A stretch of 64,000 nucleotides of DNA, taken from the NCBI GenBank assembly GCA_964016885.1, contig OZ024742.1, forward strand, positions 81,282,001 to 81,346,000, read 5' to 3'. This document shows, in pieces, positions 32,128 through 47,503 of this stretch. Source of the DNA: Eledone cirrhosa. Taxonomy: Eukaryota. The notes beneath the pieces were generated by a model. The model was not told the DNA's origin, did not search any database, and worked only from the letters and a program-made list of their open reading frames with translations. The first letter of the stretch is position 1, and each line of letters begins with the position of its first letter. A program made the position numbers and the translations under genes.

Positions 32128-32429
32128 TTGTTTCGTTCAATATTAAGCATTGAATACATGATGTACGTTCTCAAACATTAGCACTTTAATTTTAAATAGT
32201 TCTATATCTATCTTTACAGAAGTATTAGTTTGCTTCAAATATTATACCTCTCACGTTTTGTGTATATATTAATTAGCTGTCGTACACACGGCTATTCTTA
32301 TTTTAAGAAAACCTAATGCCTTTTCATTTTGAAAATATATATTACGCCGCACAATATGTTTGACATATATGTCTCAAATATGTTATAGTGCCTTCCAAAT
32401 AAGGTCGTATTATATGTACATATAATAAA

Positions 32430-32620
32430 GGCGGTGGATTGGCAGTATCGGTAGAGAGTCGGACACCATACTTTGCAGCATAGAGTTACGGCCCTTTACG
32501 GTCGATTTCAAATCCCGCCGAGGTTAACTTTGTCTTTCATCCGTACAGTGTCGATAAAATAAAGTACCAGTAATGCTCTGGGGGTAATTGCTGCCCTTGT
32601 GCGAAAAGTAGAAACAATTA
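32430..32620 (+). mobile_element. tRNA-derived SINE, full length, with TSD
   Basis: GGCGGTGGATTGGCAGTATCGG head; TSD ATATGTACATATAATA. Confidence 0.9.
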
Positions 32621-33851
32621 TATGTACATATAATATTTGATGTTTAGCTGAAAAGTTCATATGCAGATTCTAATGGATTGATGTAAAAACTGTGAAATCT
32701 TGCATGCATTATTTTCAACTATTAATAACTTCAAGGGTACTATATGAAAAATAAAAATTATTTGTTCATTCCATGAGAGTATCGTTAGTGGCGTTCACTG
32801 TCTTCATGTGGGTGAGCAAAGAATACGTCCACGGTTCCATATCTCCTACGAGCGATGTGGGTTTTTTGAGCCCACATTGTTCCCAAAGGCTTGTGTACCT
32901 AGGGCACCGATGTCCGCTCTACCCGGCGTTTTTTCAAGCTAATTATACTGTTATAATACCGTATACAGCCGTTGATGTTCCATTATGTCTGATGGCGGAG
33001 TGAGGCTGAGCCTGTGCCCATTGTTTTAAATTTTGCCTGGCTTCATCCATTTCTACGTGGGTAACCATAACCGTTTAATTTTGGTTTGTAGCGATTCGAA
33101 AAAGGGCATTTAGTCATGCTCTGCTGTTGTTGTTGTTGTTATTATTGTTGCTGCTGTTGTTATTGTTATTCATGTTATTGCTGTTGTCATTTGCATTATC
33201 GTTCTTGTCTGCGCTAGTGGCATTTTTATTGGTTTATTTATGTAAATTTATTGTTGCATTGTTGGTGGTGTGGCTGTAATTGATATTTTTGTTCGTGTTG
33301 TTGTTCATATCGTCGAACATAGTCCTTTTTTGTGTTCTCGTGGTTTTCTGTGTCGGCTTTAATTTTGCTCTTTGTTTTAGTTATTATCGTTGTGGTGGTG
33401 GTGGTGGTGGCAGAGTTCATTGGTAAATATTGACAAAGATGGAAAGTCAATTCCGTTAGAAGTTGCTGCCCGGGATTAATTTCGCTTATTGTTATTTTTG
33501 ATCTCAGCGATGCTGTCTATAGAGTTGGTGATCGTAGCACCGTTCCTAGTAGTATTTGTGGAAAGGGTGTACGCGCTTGAGCCAATTTCTTGTAACAGCT
33601 GGCTTACCTTTTGGGGGAGGGTGGGGCGGATTTCGTCCATCTTTTTTATAATTTCCTTTCTTTTATTAAGAATAAAGTTTGGTCCAAACATTATCGCATG
33701 TCTTTTTAGAAAGCGATATATATATGCACTTATTAAGAATTAACGACTACAAATTTCCACAAATACCACTTCATAACAATTCTAAAACAACAAAGCTTCT
33801 GAATCTGATATTAATACCTCGGTGGAAAAGAAGATACAACATAAGAATAAT

Positions 33852-34035
33852 TGCTTCTACTTTTGGCACAAGGCCAGCAAATTACCTAGTACATTACTGA
33901 TACTTTATTTTATCGATCCCGTATGGATGAAGGGCAAAGTTAACCACGGCGGGATCTGAACTCATACCATAAAGGGCCGTAATTCTATGCTTCAAAGCAT
34001 GGCGTCAGAACCTCTACCGATACTGCCAATCCTGT
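33852..34035 (-). mobile_element. tRNA-derived SINE
   Basis: Same family; flanking direct repeat AACATAAGAATAAT. Confidence 0.85.
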
Positions 34036-34189
34036 GCATTGAAACAACATAAGAATAATGATACTATACGAGAGTCGGCTGAATGTTTCATGGAGTAAAA
34101 ATATCAAAAGGAGTGTTAGGCGCCGGGTATCCATCTCCGCCCCGACCTTTTAATATATGTCTGTATACCTGGCTGTCTGTATTACGACA

Positions 34190-34412
34190 TTCTGACAAAC
34201 ATTGATGACGTATTATGTTCGCTAGTTTCTGTTCCATGCCAGGGATCGTCTTCACGAACCAAAGTATCGTTTTCCTTTTATCCTTCGGTTGCAACGTTTT
34301 TCGAAATATTTACTTCTGCGTTCACAGATTGATTCTTTTAGTCTCAGAAGATACCGTTAAGGGTGAAAGCAGCGATTCTTTGCTTAAAATTTAATCGGCT
34401 ATTTTAATATAT
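34190..34412 (+). mobile_element. PLE pLTR fragment (same family as 48875-50349)
   Basis: Direct match to ~50050-50262, including CAGAAGA..GTTAAGGGTGAAAGCAGCGATTC. Confidence 0.7.
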
Positions 34413-34919
34413 AATGGAAGCGAGGCAAGCCCGCCCAGTTTCACTTCTTGCCAATAAACATTAAGCCTTTGTGCGCCATTCATCTAACTGTAGACCAACA
34501 AATACCAACTAAACGGAGCATTGACAAGAACGATGGCAAATGAATCTTCGAGGAAAAGCAGTTTCCTCCCGAGCTGTTAGTTCATGCGGGATTCTCTGCT
34601 ACACCTTTTCGTAATAATACAGAACAACGTACTGCTGGTCACTCCTTCCTCCAAAAGCTGTACATAACGGACATATGCATCGGGCAGATGGATCGGGTCC
34701 AAATTTACACCAGGCCTACGGGAGAAAATTCGCAAGGGACTGCACCGAGAGGGATAGAGAGAAAGAGTAACTTAGTGGAAAGAGTGTGAATGAACTTTTG
34801 AGGTAAGTAGCCTACGCCTTACTGTTATGACACTGGAACCTTCTACCAAAAGGCCAACACAGAGGTGTATGAAAAGAAGGGGCTCAACAATATTTTTATG
34901 AACAATGCACGTAGACAGC

Positions 34920-35076
34920 TAATCTGTACTTTTAACTTCTTAATTTTCTCGAAATAAAACAATATCCTGTCGCTATATTTACGTGAGTTTTTAACAGGCA
35001 CTCACAAATAGACATTTCTCATTGGAGGTGTTATTACAAATGTTCTTACCCGTGCAACGCCGGGATACACTGCTAG
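34920..35076 (+). mobile_element. Helitron 3' end
   Basis: CCCGTGCAACGCCGGG hairpin followed about 10 nt later by CTAG; 5' limit uncertain. Confidence 0.55.
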
Positions 35077-35086
35077 CATATATATA

Positions 35087-35201
<115 letters not shown>

Positions 35202-35970
35202 ATGTAAGTATTTATATCAATTCATGTATGTAGATATATGAAATGAAATGTAGATATATGAAACTGAAACGTTTTTATTTATGTAAGTATTTCACAGAAA
35301 TCGTAAACAAAATTCAAAAGGCTTATTGGATTTCAAAACTAGTGGTTTTATCGTCAGAACCTATACACATTATATGAAAAACACACACATAGGAAAGTAC
35401 GTAACCGATAGAGTAACATATCCATTTAAAATATAATAAGGTTCTTATCTAATTAAGGCATATATTACGCTATGCGATAAGCTGCCGAATAGTAGGATAA
35501 TATTGTATATACATATAAATAATTTTATGCAAAGAAATATTTATAAAATTGTCACGTGTATATTAGATAGACATAGAAAATACATAGTTATTTCGGAAAT
35601 TGGTGAGAAGTTGAAACACATTTAAAAGACTTTCGAATCTAGATGATTTCAGATTACAAGTTAGGTAGATTACAAACACGAATAGAAAAAAATAACTGAG
35701 GGGTTTATACACCACATTAAAACACGCTTCAATATATCGCACCACACTGCTGCACACCACGCTGTCTAACTTTACATTTAGATATTTTTAAAGTGTTATA
35801 TTGATTATGAATTGTATACGAATTTACACGCCTTATGTTTTGTATAGATTTCCGTATATTTCTAATTCGTTTACTTAAATTTTATGCGTAGATTTTTATC
35901 CAACATTAGTTTTATGTTTGCTATCTGGTATATGGAAATTTTATGAACTGGTCAACTGCATATTTTCCCT

Positions 35971-36027
<57 letters not shown>

Positions 36028-36031
<4 letters not shown>

Positions 36032-36858
36032 GGAAAAAAAAAATCAAACGAAATTTCATTTCTCACTCTTAGTACGCCTATTACTTAAATATAAATATAT
36101 ATGTATACCGACGTACAGTAGTATGTGTATATATATATATACATACATGCACACATATATATCTGCGCCCGGCCGATTAACTCACACGATATGCAAATTA
36201 GGCTGCTCAGCCGTTCATATGCATAAGGAAAGTATATATTTTCAGACATTCAATCATCTCGCAGGAAGGTATACGGTGCTGAAGATAAAATTGAAACTAG
36301 TACATCATTCCTTTGTCAGTGTTGAACAAAATGGCAACGCTGGTTACTAAACACTGTACGCCTTAATTCGGGATGTTTGTTTACAAACAAACCGAGCATT
36401 ATAATAAATGCTCGGTAAAACCATACGTACATATATATATGTGTGCATGTATGTACACATATACATACTGCTGTATGTCTGTATACATATATGAATGTAC
36501 GTATACATACTTATATTTAAGTAACCGCCGCACTAAGAGTGAGAAATGAAATTTCGTTTCAATTTTTTCCATTTATCTATTTGGGTGCGCCCGGCCGATT
36601 AACTCACTCGATATGCAAATTGGGCTGCTCAGCCGTTAATATGCATACGGAAAGTATATACTTTCAGACCTTCAATCATCTGGTAGGAAGGTATACGGTG
36701 CTCACGATAGCTAATAAGCTTGAAACTAGTACAGCGTTCCTTTGTCAGTGTTGAACGAAAGGGCAACGATGGTTGCTAAACACTGTACGGCTTAATTCGG
36801 GATGTTTGTTTACAAACAAACCGAGCATTATAATGAATATTCGGTAAAACCATACGTA

Positions 36859-36892
<34 letters not shown>

Positions 36893-36968
36893 CATGTTTG
36901 TATATATATATATATATATAGATACTACTGTACATATGTATACATATATGTATGTACGTATACATACT

Positions 36969-36970
<2 letters not shown>
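36028..36970 (+). mobile_element. Tandem HHR-bearing non-coding unit (~423-bp period) with an inverted 5' piece
   Basis: 36163-36430 repeats at 36586-36860; 36028-36160 is the inverse of ~36430-36573; motifs CTGAAGA..GAAACTAGTA and CTCACGA TAGCT aata AGCT T GAAACTAGTA. Confidence 0.65.
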
Positions 36971-37022
<52 letters not shown>

Positions 37023-37030
37023 ACCATATA

Positions 37031-37091
<61 letters not shown>

Positions 37092-37118
37092 TTATATATA
37101 TATATATACATATATATT

Positions 37119-37568
<450 letters not shown>

Positions 37569-37595
37569 AATATATATGTATATATATATATATAA

Positions 37596-37723
<128 letters not shown>

Positions 37724-37876
37724 TATATAAGGATTAAAATACTGGAGCGTGTTGGAGTTAAACACCCTCTTCGTATTATAGAAATGACAGTAAAAGGTAT
37801 TGCTCAATGCAGTTAAACAGAGCCAAAAAATTAAGAGAGTAAAACAAAGAAGCCTTTAATACATCAAAAGTTTTTA

Positions 37877-37920
37877 TTGGCCGACAATGTTTCGTCCTAT
37901 TAAGGACTCATCAGGGCAAT
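37877..37920 (-). ncRNA. Minimal type I hammerhead, canonical core
   Basis: TTGCC CTGATGA GTCCT taat AGGAC GAAAC att GTC| GGCCAA; the mirror copy at 44319-44364 has a mutated core (CTCATGA). Confidence 0.8.
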
Positions 37921-39724
37921 TAAAACAACAAGAAGTAATATGGGCAGATACAAGCCGGAAGCTCCGAAGAATATGGAGTGTACATACACTAAAGTCTTGC
38001 AAAAATATATAACACAAATAAAAATAATAAAAAATATATAATAAGAATAACTAAGGATGTATATAACATTAAGAACCATATTACAAATATAATCCAAAGC
38101 AAATAACCTAAAGCTAAACAAAGGTGGTTATATAGAGCAGGAATTATATATAACACAATGTAATATAATATAATACATTATAATAAAATACCTTTACCAA
38201 CATTAAAATTACAATAAAAATCAAAAGGTACGATATGTACATGTATATATGTGCGCACACGCACACACACACACTCATACAACAATACGCACATCTATCT
38301 TCAACTACACAAATTAAACCTTATTAGGAGTTTGAATATAAAAATATAAAAATAAGCATGATAAGAGTGAAAATAATAATAATAATAATACCAATACATC
38401 TACCCAATATACATGAGGTAATAATATGATATAATTACAAGAAACACATATAATAAATAATAATCAATAAAATTATATAATTCAATATAATAGATAATCC
38501 CCGGTTAATTTACACAAACAATATAGATGTCACAATAATAATATAATAATAATATGTTAACAATGTACTAACATTTACAATAAACAATATATACAAATCG
38601 ATTCATACTGGGTTACAGAGTAAATGAGGAAAAATAAATTATACAATACTCAAAAAACATTATGATGGTACAGAAAAAAATACAGACATCTTACATGATA
38701 TATAAAGTTTAAATATCATAATGTTACATATAATGAACAGTAAGTAATAAGGATCAATATTACAATACAATATAATATAATATATTATATAAAATAAATT
38801 GACATAAAATAATATATAAATACTTATAATTACAAGGTTAGTAGACAGACATATGTGGATGTGTAAGTAAATGCCAGACAGTGAATAGTAAATAGAATAT
38901 AAAATATAGAATAAAATAAATAAATATAATCAACCGGAAATTACAAAACAAAAACAAATATATACATTTAGGTCTCACATGCGGTTAAGTAGTTAGGTAA
39001 AAACTAAGGAAAACAATCCCTGTAAATGACTCAAAACCCTATTTGATAAATTAATATTAAAAATATCAAAACTATCCAATAAGGTAGTATAATATTAGCT
39101 ATAGTTTAAGTCATTAAAGTTTATAAACTTTAATGTTTCGTTACAAATGTTTACAAAAAGGAATGACATTTTTTACTATCATATACATAACGATATCTAA
39201 AAAACTGACTTAAGTAGGATTAAGGTAGGCTAATGGGGACAGAATTGAAGAAATATATGGAGGATGCAAAGGGGCATAAAATATAGTCGATATACTATAA
39301 TAAATAGTAGAACGGAGCGTAAAAGAGGGGGGAGGGTTAAATATAATCATAGTCAATTTGGAGGGGTTGAAAATAAAGTTTATGTGCGCATGGGGGTAGG
39401 GGTAGGGGGGAGGGGGATGTATCCAAAGATGAATCTGAATAAAAATAAAATTAAAAATAAAATTAAAATAAAAAATAAAAATAAAAATAAAAATGAAGAT
39501 AATAATAAAATAAAGTAAATGGCGTAAAGTGTATAATCTTATATATATTCACAAGGTGTAATAGTGAAAATATAATGCGTAAGAAGACAGATATGGTACA
39601 GTAGCCAAATGATTATGAGAACTAGAATAAAGAGTCATCAAAAACCAATGATAATAATGATGATAACAATAATGTTGGCAAACAAAAGAACCTAAACTAA
39701 AAAATAAGTAATGTAATATATCTG

Positions 39725-41826
39725 CTAATGGGTAGAATTTGTACTACTAGAACGTTTGGGTTTATAATAAAAGTAAGAATTAGAAATAGCGTGGGGGCAA
39801 GAAGAGAATATCTCAGACTTTCTATTAAGTAAGGATACGCTAGAGAAAATTATAGAGTGTGTCTCAAGGATACAGAGATTACAAAACTTAGTATGTGTAG
39901 AAATGTGGTTAGAGCGTGCTACTAAACGCCAGTTAAGGCTATATGGTCTATAAGCTCCCTTAAGATCCCAGATATAATGTGCTAAAGAAGTAGAATTCTT
40001 AAACCTAACATGTTTGAAGTTAGAGATATGAGAGTTAAACCTAGTCTTAAAAGTGTTTGAAGTAGATCCTATATAAGTTCTATTAGAGGAATTAGTTATA
40101 ACTTCGCAAGCGTAGACAATGTTCTTAGAAAGGCAGTTACCGTTTAAAGGGCAGTTAGCACACACTCTACAATTGCACTTCCGGGTGTTATTGGTTGGCT
40201 CGAGTGGTGATGTATTACACGTAGGATTTCTATTAGATAAGGACTGTTCTGGTGGTAAAGCATTGTCAGATCCGTTCAGACTAGTAGTATGTAGAGAGGA
40301 GAATCCATCCCTAATTTTCCTATTATTAGTGCTAGCTAAATGAGAACTAATATTAGGGGTGGTAGAGAATGAGAGTTTAATAACATTTTTATTAAAAATA
40401 CCATGGTATTTATGAGAAGGGGGACATTTTTCTCTAAGATAGTGAAGAAAGACCTAGGGATATTAGTTGATACATCCTGATTATATGGCGGGTTAAAATA
40501 AGTATTTAATCGCCTTCTATTTTTATTCTTACCGACCCTACCTTTATCAAATGTCCCACCATCGAGACTAGGGTTACTACAAGGATTAGTTAAAGCCACA
40601 TTCATAGAATCAGCCATAATTTCGTTGTCTATTATAGTTTCTACCTCCAGTAGATCTGCTGCTGTCCGGAATCCCTTCAAAAGGATTAGGGCCAATGATA
40701 GGATCAGTAGGAGCAACATTATTAGAATAAGATCCAGCAAAACCATCACCAATGCGTGAGCGCACAGGGGGTTCAACTTGTCTCCTAGAGGTATTATATT
40801 TGCTATTACGAGTCCGGTGGGTTAACCTATGGATGGGTTCGGATACACCTATATCATTTTTACGGTTACTATATTTGCTACTCCCATTCATGACCATGTT
40901 ATTTGATATTATGTTATTATTGTTAAAAGTAAGCGGAGACTTTCTAAGGTTACTATTATTATAATGTATTTTACTAGAGTAACCTGAAATTGCTAGGGCA
41001 TTATTGTAGTACTCCGCATGTTCATTAAATGTTCCTATGTCCTTAGAGAGTGTGGAAATCCTATTAGATACACCCTTAATTATAGAGCTTATCATAGACT
41101 TAGGGTGGTTAGAATTGGGGCTAACATAAGAAATAATTTCATTAGGCTTATGGAAGGGTTTAAAACTATTAGTGACCAAGTCCAAAGTCACATCTAAAAA
41201 GTTAACCGCCCTATCATTTCTATCTATCGTGATTGAAAGGTTGTAGCTTTTAAAAAACTTATAACGCTTCTTCTTATTATGTTCTACATTGTTGGTGCTA
41301 GAGTTAATTACAAACAATGCATCATCACGATATAGTCCGCCTATAAGGTGCGGGAAGGTAGCGTATAGTTCATTAAGGAGGAACAACCCAACAAGATCAG
41401 TAACCTGGGTCGAATCACTCGAACCCATTGTACGTCGAAATTATTGGGCGTGTTTTTACGGGTCCAAAATGTGTCCTCAAATTTAATAATAATTTTACGG
41501 GCTGCTAGTATAATATCTACCTGTGATCGTGTAAGGCTGGACACTCTCATGGCCAACATTAAAGCTTTATTGAGGAGGATGGGTGAAATTGATGTGTAGT
41601 AGGCATCAATATCGAATTGGATAAACTTATTAGATTCAAGTCTATTAATCCCAGAGAACCAATCTATAACTTCCCTAGTGTTTCCCCATAGGTTAACATT
41701 AAACTTATCCCTAACATCTGGGATAATAAGGTCAAGGATTTTTTTACTGATAATGGCTATATCAGACTTAGAAGGACAGATGAGTCTAACAGAGGGGTTA
41801 CTAATAAAATCAACCTTATGATCCTT
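39725..41826 (-). pseudogene. PLE RT + GIY-YIG ORF, frameshifted
   Basis: ORF pieces 41341-41826, 40610-41428, 40336-40776 and 39725-40165 join into one RT-endonuclease product. Confidence 0.88.
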
Positions 41827-41969
41827 ATGGATTCTCCTCTCTACATACTACTAGTCTGAACGGATCTGACAATGCTTTACCACCAGAACAGTCCTTATCT
41901 AATAGAAATCCTACGTGTAATACATCACCACTTGAGCCAACATATAACACCCGGAAGTGAAATTGTAGA

Positions 41970-42410
41970 GTGAGTGCTAACTGCCCTTTAAACGGTAACT
42001 GCTTTTCTAAGAACATTGTCTACGCTTGCGAAGTTATAACTAATTCCTCTAATAGAACTTATATAGGATCTACTTCAAACACTTTTAAGACTAGGTTTAA
42101 CTCTCATATCTCTAACTTCAAACATGTTAGGTTTAAGAATTCTACTTCTTTAGCACATTATATCTGGAATCTTAAGGGAGCTTATATACCATATAGCCTT
42201 AACTGGCGTTTAGTAGCACGCTCTAACCACCTTTCTACACATACTAAGTTTTGTAATCTCTGTATCCTTGAGACACACTCTATAATTTTCTCTAGCGTAT
42301 CCTTACTTAATAGAAAGTCTGAGATATCCTCTTCTTGCCCCCACGCTATTTCTAATTCTTACTTTTATTATAAACTCAAACGTTCTAGTAGTACAAATTC
42401 TACCCATTAG
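41970..42410 (+). pseudogene. Duplicated GIY-YIG endonuclease region in the inverted arm
   Basis: Near-identical to 39725-40165. Confidence 0.85.
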
Positions 42411-44412
42411 CAGATATATTACATTACTTATTTTTTAGTTTAGGTTCTTTTGTTTGCCAACATTATTGTTATCATCATTATTATCATTGGTTTTGATGAC
42501 TCTTTATTCTAGCTCTCATAATCATTTGGCTACTGTACCATATCTGTCTTCTTACGCATTATATTTTCACTATTACACCTTGTGAATATATATAAGATTA
42601 CACACTTCACGCCATTTACTTTATTTTATTATTATCATTTTTATTTTTATTTTTATTTTTAATTTTAATTTTATTTTTAATTTTATTTTTATTTTTATTC
42701 AGATTCATCTTTGGATAACCCCCGTCCCCTCCCCCCCTCCCCCTCCCCCATGCGCACATAAACTTATTGTCAACCCCTCCAAATTGACTATGATTATATT
42801 TACGCTCCGTTCTATTATTTATTATAGTATATCGACTATATGTTATGCCCCTTTGCATCCTCCATATATTTCTTCAATTCTGTCCCCATTAGCCTACCTT
42901 AATTCTACTTAAGTCAGTTTTTTAGATATCGTTATGTATATGATAGTAAAAAATTTCATTCCTTTTTGTAAACATTTGTAACGAAACATTAAAGTTTATA
43001 AACTTTAATGACTTAAACTATAGCTAATATTATATTACCTTATTAGATAGTTTTGATATTTTTAATATTAATTTATCAAATATGGTTTTGAGTCATTTAC
43101 AGGGATTGTTTTCCTTAGTTTTTACCTAACTACTTAACCGCATGTGAGACCTAAATGTATATATTTGTTTTTGTTTTGTAATTTCCGGTTGATTATATTT
43201 ATTTATTTTATTCTATATTTTATATTCTATTTACTATTCACTGTCTGGCATTTACTTACACATCCACATATGTCTGTCTACTAACCTTGTAATTATAAGT
43301 ATTTATATATTATTTTATGTCAATTTATTTTATATAATATATTATATTATATTGTATTGTAATATTGATCCTTATTACTTACTGTTCATTATATGTAACA
43401 TTATGATATTTAAACTTCATATATCATGTAAGATGTCTGTATTTTTGTAATATTGTAATATTGATCCTTATTACTTACTGTTCATTATATGTAACATTAT
43501 GATATTTAAACTTTTTATATCATGTAAGATGTCTGTATTTGTTTCTGTACCATCATCATTTTTTTCTGTACCATCATAATGTTTTTTGAGTATTGTATAA
43601 TTTATTTTTCCTCATTTACTCTGTAACCCAGTATGAATCGATTTGTATATATTGTTTATTGTAAATGTTAGTACATTGTTAACATATTATTATTATATTA
43701 TTATTGTGACATCTATATTGTTTGTGTAAATTAACCGGGGATTATCTATTATAATGAATTATATAATTTTATTGTTTATTATTTATTATATGTGTTTCTT
43801 GTAATTATATCATATTATTACCTCATGTATATTGGGTAGATGTATTGGTATTATTATTATTATTATTTTCACTCTTATCATGCTTATTTTTATATTTTTA
43901 TATTCAAACTCCTAATAAGGTTTAATTTGTGTAGTTGAATAAAAATGTGCGTATTGTTGTATGTGTGTGTGTGTGTGCGTGTGCGCACATATATACATGT
44001 ACATATTGCACCTTTTGATTTTTATTGTAATTTTAATGTTGGTAAAGGTATTTTATTATAATTTATTATATTATATTACGTTGTGTTATATATAATTCCT
44101 GCTCTATATAACCACCTTCGTTTAGCTTTAGGTTATTTGCTTTGGACTATATTTGTAATATGGTTCTTAATGTTATATACATCCTTAGTTATTCTTATTA
44201 TATATTTTTTATTATTTTTATTTTTATTATGTATTTTTGCAAGACTTTAGTGTATGTACACTCCATATTCTTCGGAGCTTCCGGCTTGTATCTGCCGATA
44301 TTACTTCTTGTTGTTTTAATTGCCCTCATGAGTCCTTAATAAGGACGAAACATTGTCGGCCAATAAAAACTTTTGATGTATTAAAGGCTTCTTTGTTTTA
44401 CTCTCTTAATAC

Positions 44413-44464
<52 letters not shown>

Positions 44465-44572
44465 ACACATATATATATATATACATATATATATATGTAT
44501 ACATATATATATATATATATATATACCTACACATATATATATATACATATATATATATGTATATATATATAC

Positions 44573-44767
<195 letters not shown>

Positions 44768-44771
44768 CATA

Positions 44772-44813
<42 letters not shown>

Positions 44814-45167
44814 CATATATATATGTAGATAAATCTACCAAGAGTTTACGGTAGTGTCCAATCCGTATGAAGAACTCAATGTATTCCGGATATCATGGAA
44901 AGAAGAGATGTAATGAAAATCCAATTTCGGTGAAAGATAAACGGTATACAGAGTCAAGATAAAATATTAAACAAATAATGAACAAACAATTCCTTATATT
45001 AAACAAAAAAAGTTCACTATTTAACGATCGTTTCTAGGGCATATATGTGCTATAATTGGTATGCATATTTAACAGATCTATGTACAAAATTATACAAAAT
45101 TATACAAATTATCAAGATTAAATATACATACCTAACACATATATACGCCGTCTTCAGAATACATACA

Positions 45168-45231
<64 letters not shown>

Positions 45232-45240
45232 CATATATAC

Positions 45241-45378
<138 letters not shown>

Positions 45379-45380
45379 TA

Positions 45381-45566
45381 TAGAACTTTCTTTTACAGGA
45401 TTATAACTCTTTCATTCGGGAGAAATCACCAGGATACTCTGATGATTTCTCGGGAATGAAACCGTTCTAGTCCCGTTGAAGCTATTTCTATATTAAATAT
45501 CTATACTCTGATGTGCATTGAGTAACTTACTTACTGTGGTTACCACTGGTTGAACCCGGAGTAAAC
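45381..45566 (+). mobile_element. Mini fold-back pLTR (~55-bp arms) with HHR-like core and tail
   Basis: 45381-45432 is the inverse of 45439-45490; CTGATGA TTTC tcgg GAAT GAAAC; relative at 56180-56308. Confidence 0.6.
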
Positions 45567-46028
45567 ATATATATATTTATCGTTTTTCGTATGCTTTTTA
45601 TTGAAGCATTTAACCTATTTCTTGTACCTTCCGCGATCTCCATATTTATGATGGAACCTATTTGCTGTATTATTTAATATACATTACAGTAATATATATA
45701 TATAAATGCACATATATATATGTATATATATATATATATATATATACGATACATTAACGGAGCTATAGACTCTCGCCGTTTCCTGTATATAATGTGCTCA
45801 AAGGAAATCCTGGCACTATTTCGCTCATTATAACAGTCTTTCTCCTCTCGCTCTGTTTGGTTGAGCACCCTTCTCTGAATGGTTTTAGGCTGCCTTTTCT
45901 AGCAGCTCATCCCTCAGAGGCCACTGGTCCACTGCCCTTAAACACGCTGTGACTTCTCTCTCCCACGTGTAGTCGGACGGCCACTTTAAAAATTCTCTTA
46001 GTGTTGTCTGAAATGTATAGCCTAACAG

Positions 46029-46102
46029 ACGCTGATGATCATGGGGTATTTTATTTCCTTCAAAAACTTACTGGCGAAACAGAGCACTTTGGATTTGTAC
46101 GT
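46029..46102 (+). ncRNA. Type I hammerhead candidate (GUA site)
   Basis: ACG CTGATGA [long imperfect stem II] GAAACAGA..TTTGTA| CGT. Confidence 0.45.
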
Positions 46103-46262
46103 GTGTTATATAGTTATAGAGGTATTAATTTATATTTTTATTTATCGTGTCTATATTCTGCCTTTCATAGGTTATATATTCCATACACTGGTGAAATTTC
46201 CCAGTTTTATTGATGGCGCACTGTATCTCTCTCTAGTGTGATACCGTTTCAACATATTGTAA

Positions 46263-46298
<36 letters not shown>

Positions 46299-46323
46299 GT
46301 GTGTATGTGTGCGTACATATATA

Positions 46324-46383
<60 letters not shown>

Positions 46384-46469
46384 GATTAATCTACCAAAAT
46401 ATACGGTAGTGTAAAATGATGAATTTTTTAATGTAAGGAATTTGTTTTATTTCATTGTTTTTATTAATT

Positions 46470-47345
<876 letters not shown>

Positions 47346-47450
47346 CATATGTATGTGTGTATATATGTGTGTAATGTATGTACGTGTATGTATGTGTGTG
47401 TATATATTTATATATATATATATATATATCTGTGTGTGTGTGTGTTTGTA

Positions 47451-47500
<50 letters not shown>

Positions 47501-47503
47501 CAT

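Larger units (their letters stand above)
37729..44410 (-). mobile_element. Hydra-type PLE, 5'-truncated at 41826, with a 2.5-kb inverted copy of its 3' end (41827-44410)
   Basis: KDHK..RLICPSKS, FDIDAYY, MGSSD..LVGL, GLYRDD, VNFLDVT, FNPPY, CNC..CPL..C..IVY..YIG..FKTRF..H, CNLC..E, LLNRKSE. Arms 37830-40308 and 41827-44410; (TA)n flanks. Confidence 0.92.

Noticed and set aside
32430-32520. tRNA gene
   Set aside because: The A and B boxes belong to the SINE head; no cloverleaf.
32770-33700. Minus-strand fragments with an (AAC)n tract resembling a retroelement ORF1
   Set aside because: No diagnostic motif; cannot be assigned by eye.
37830-44410. Large TIR DNA transposon or Polinton interpretation
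   Set aside because: The interior encodes a PLE RT, the arms contain GIY-YIG and HHR, and there is no transposase or integrase.
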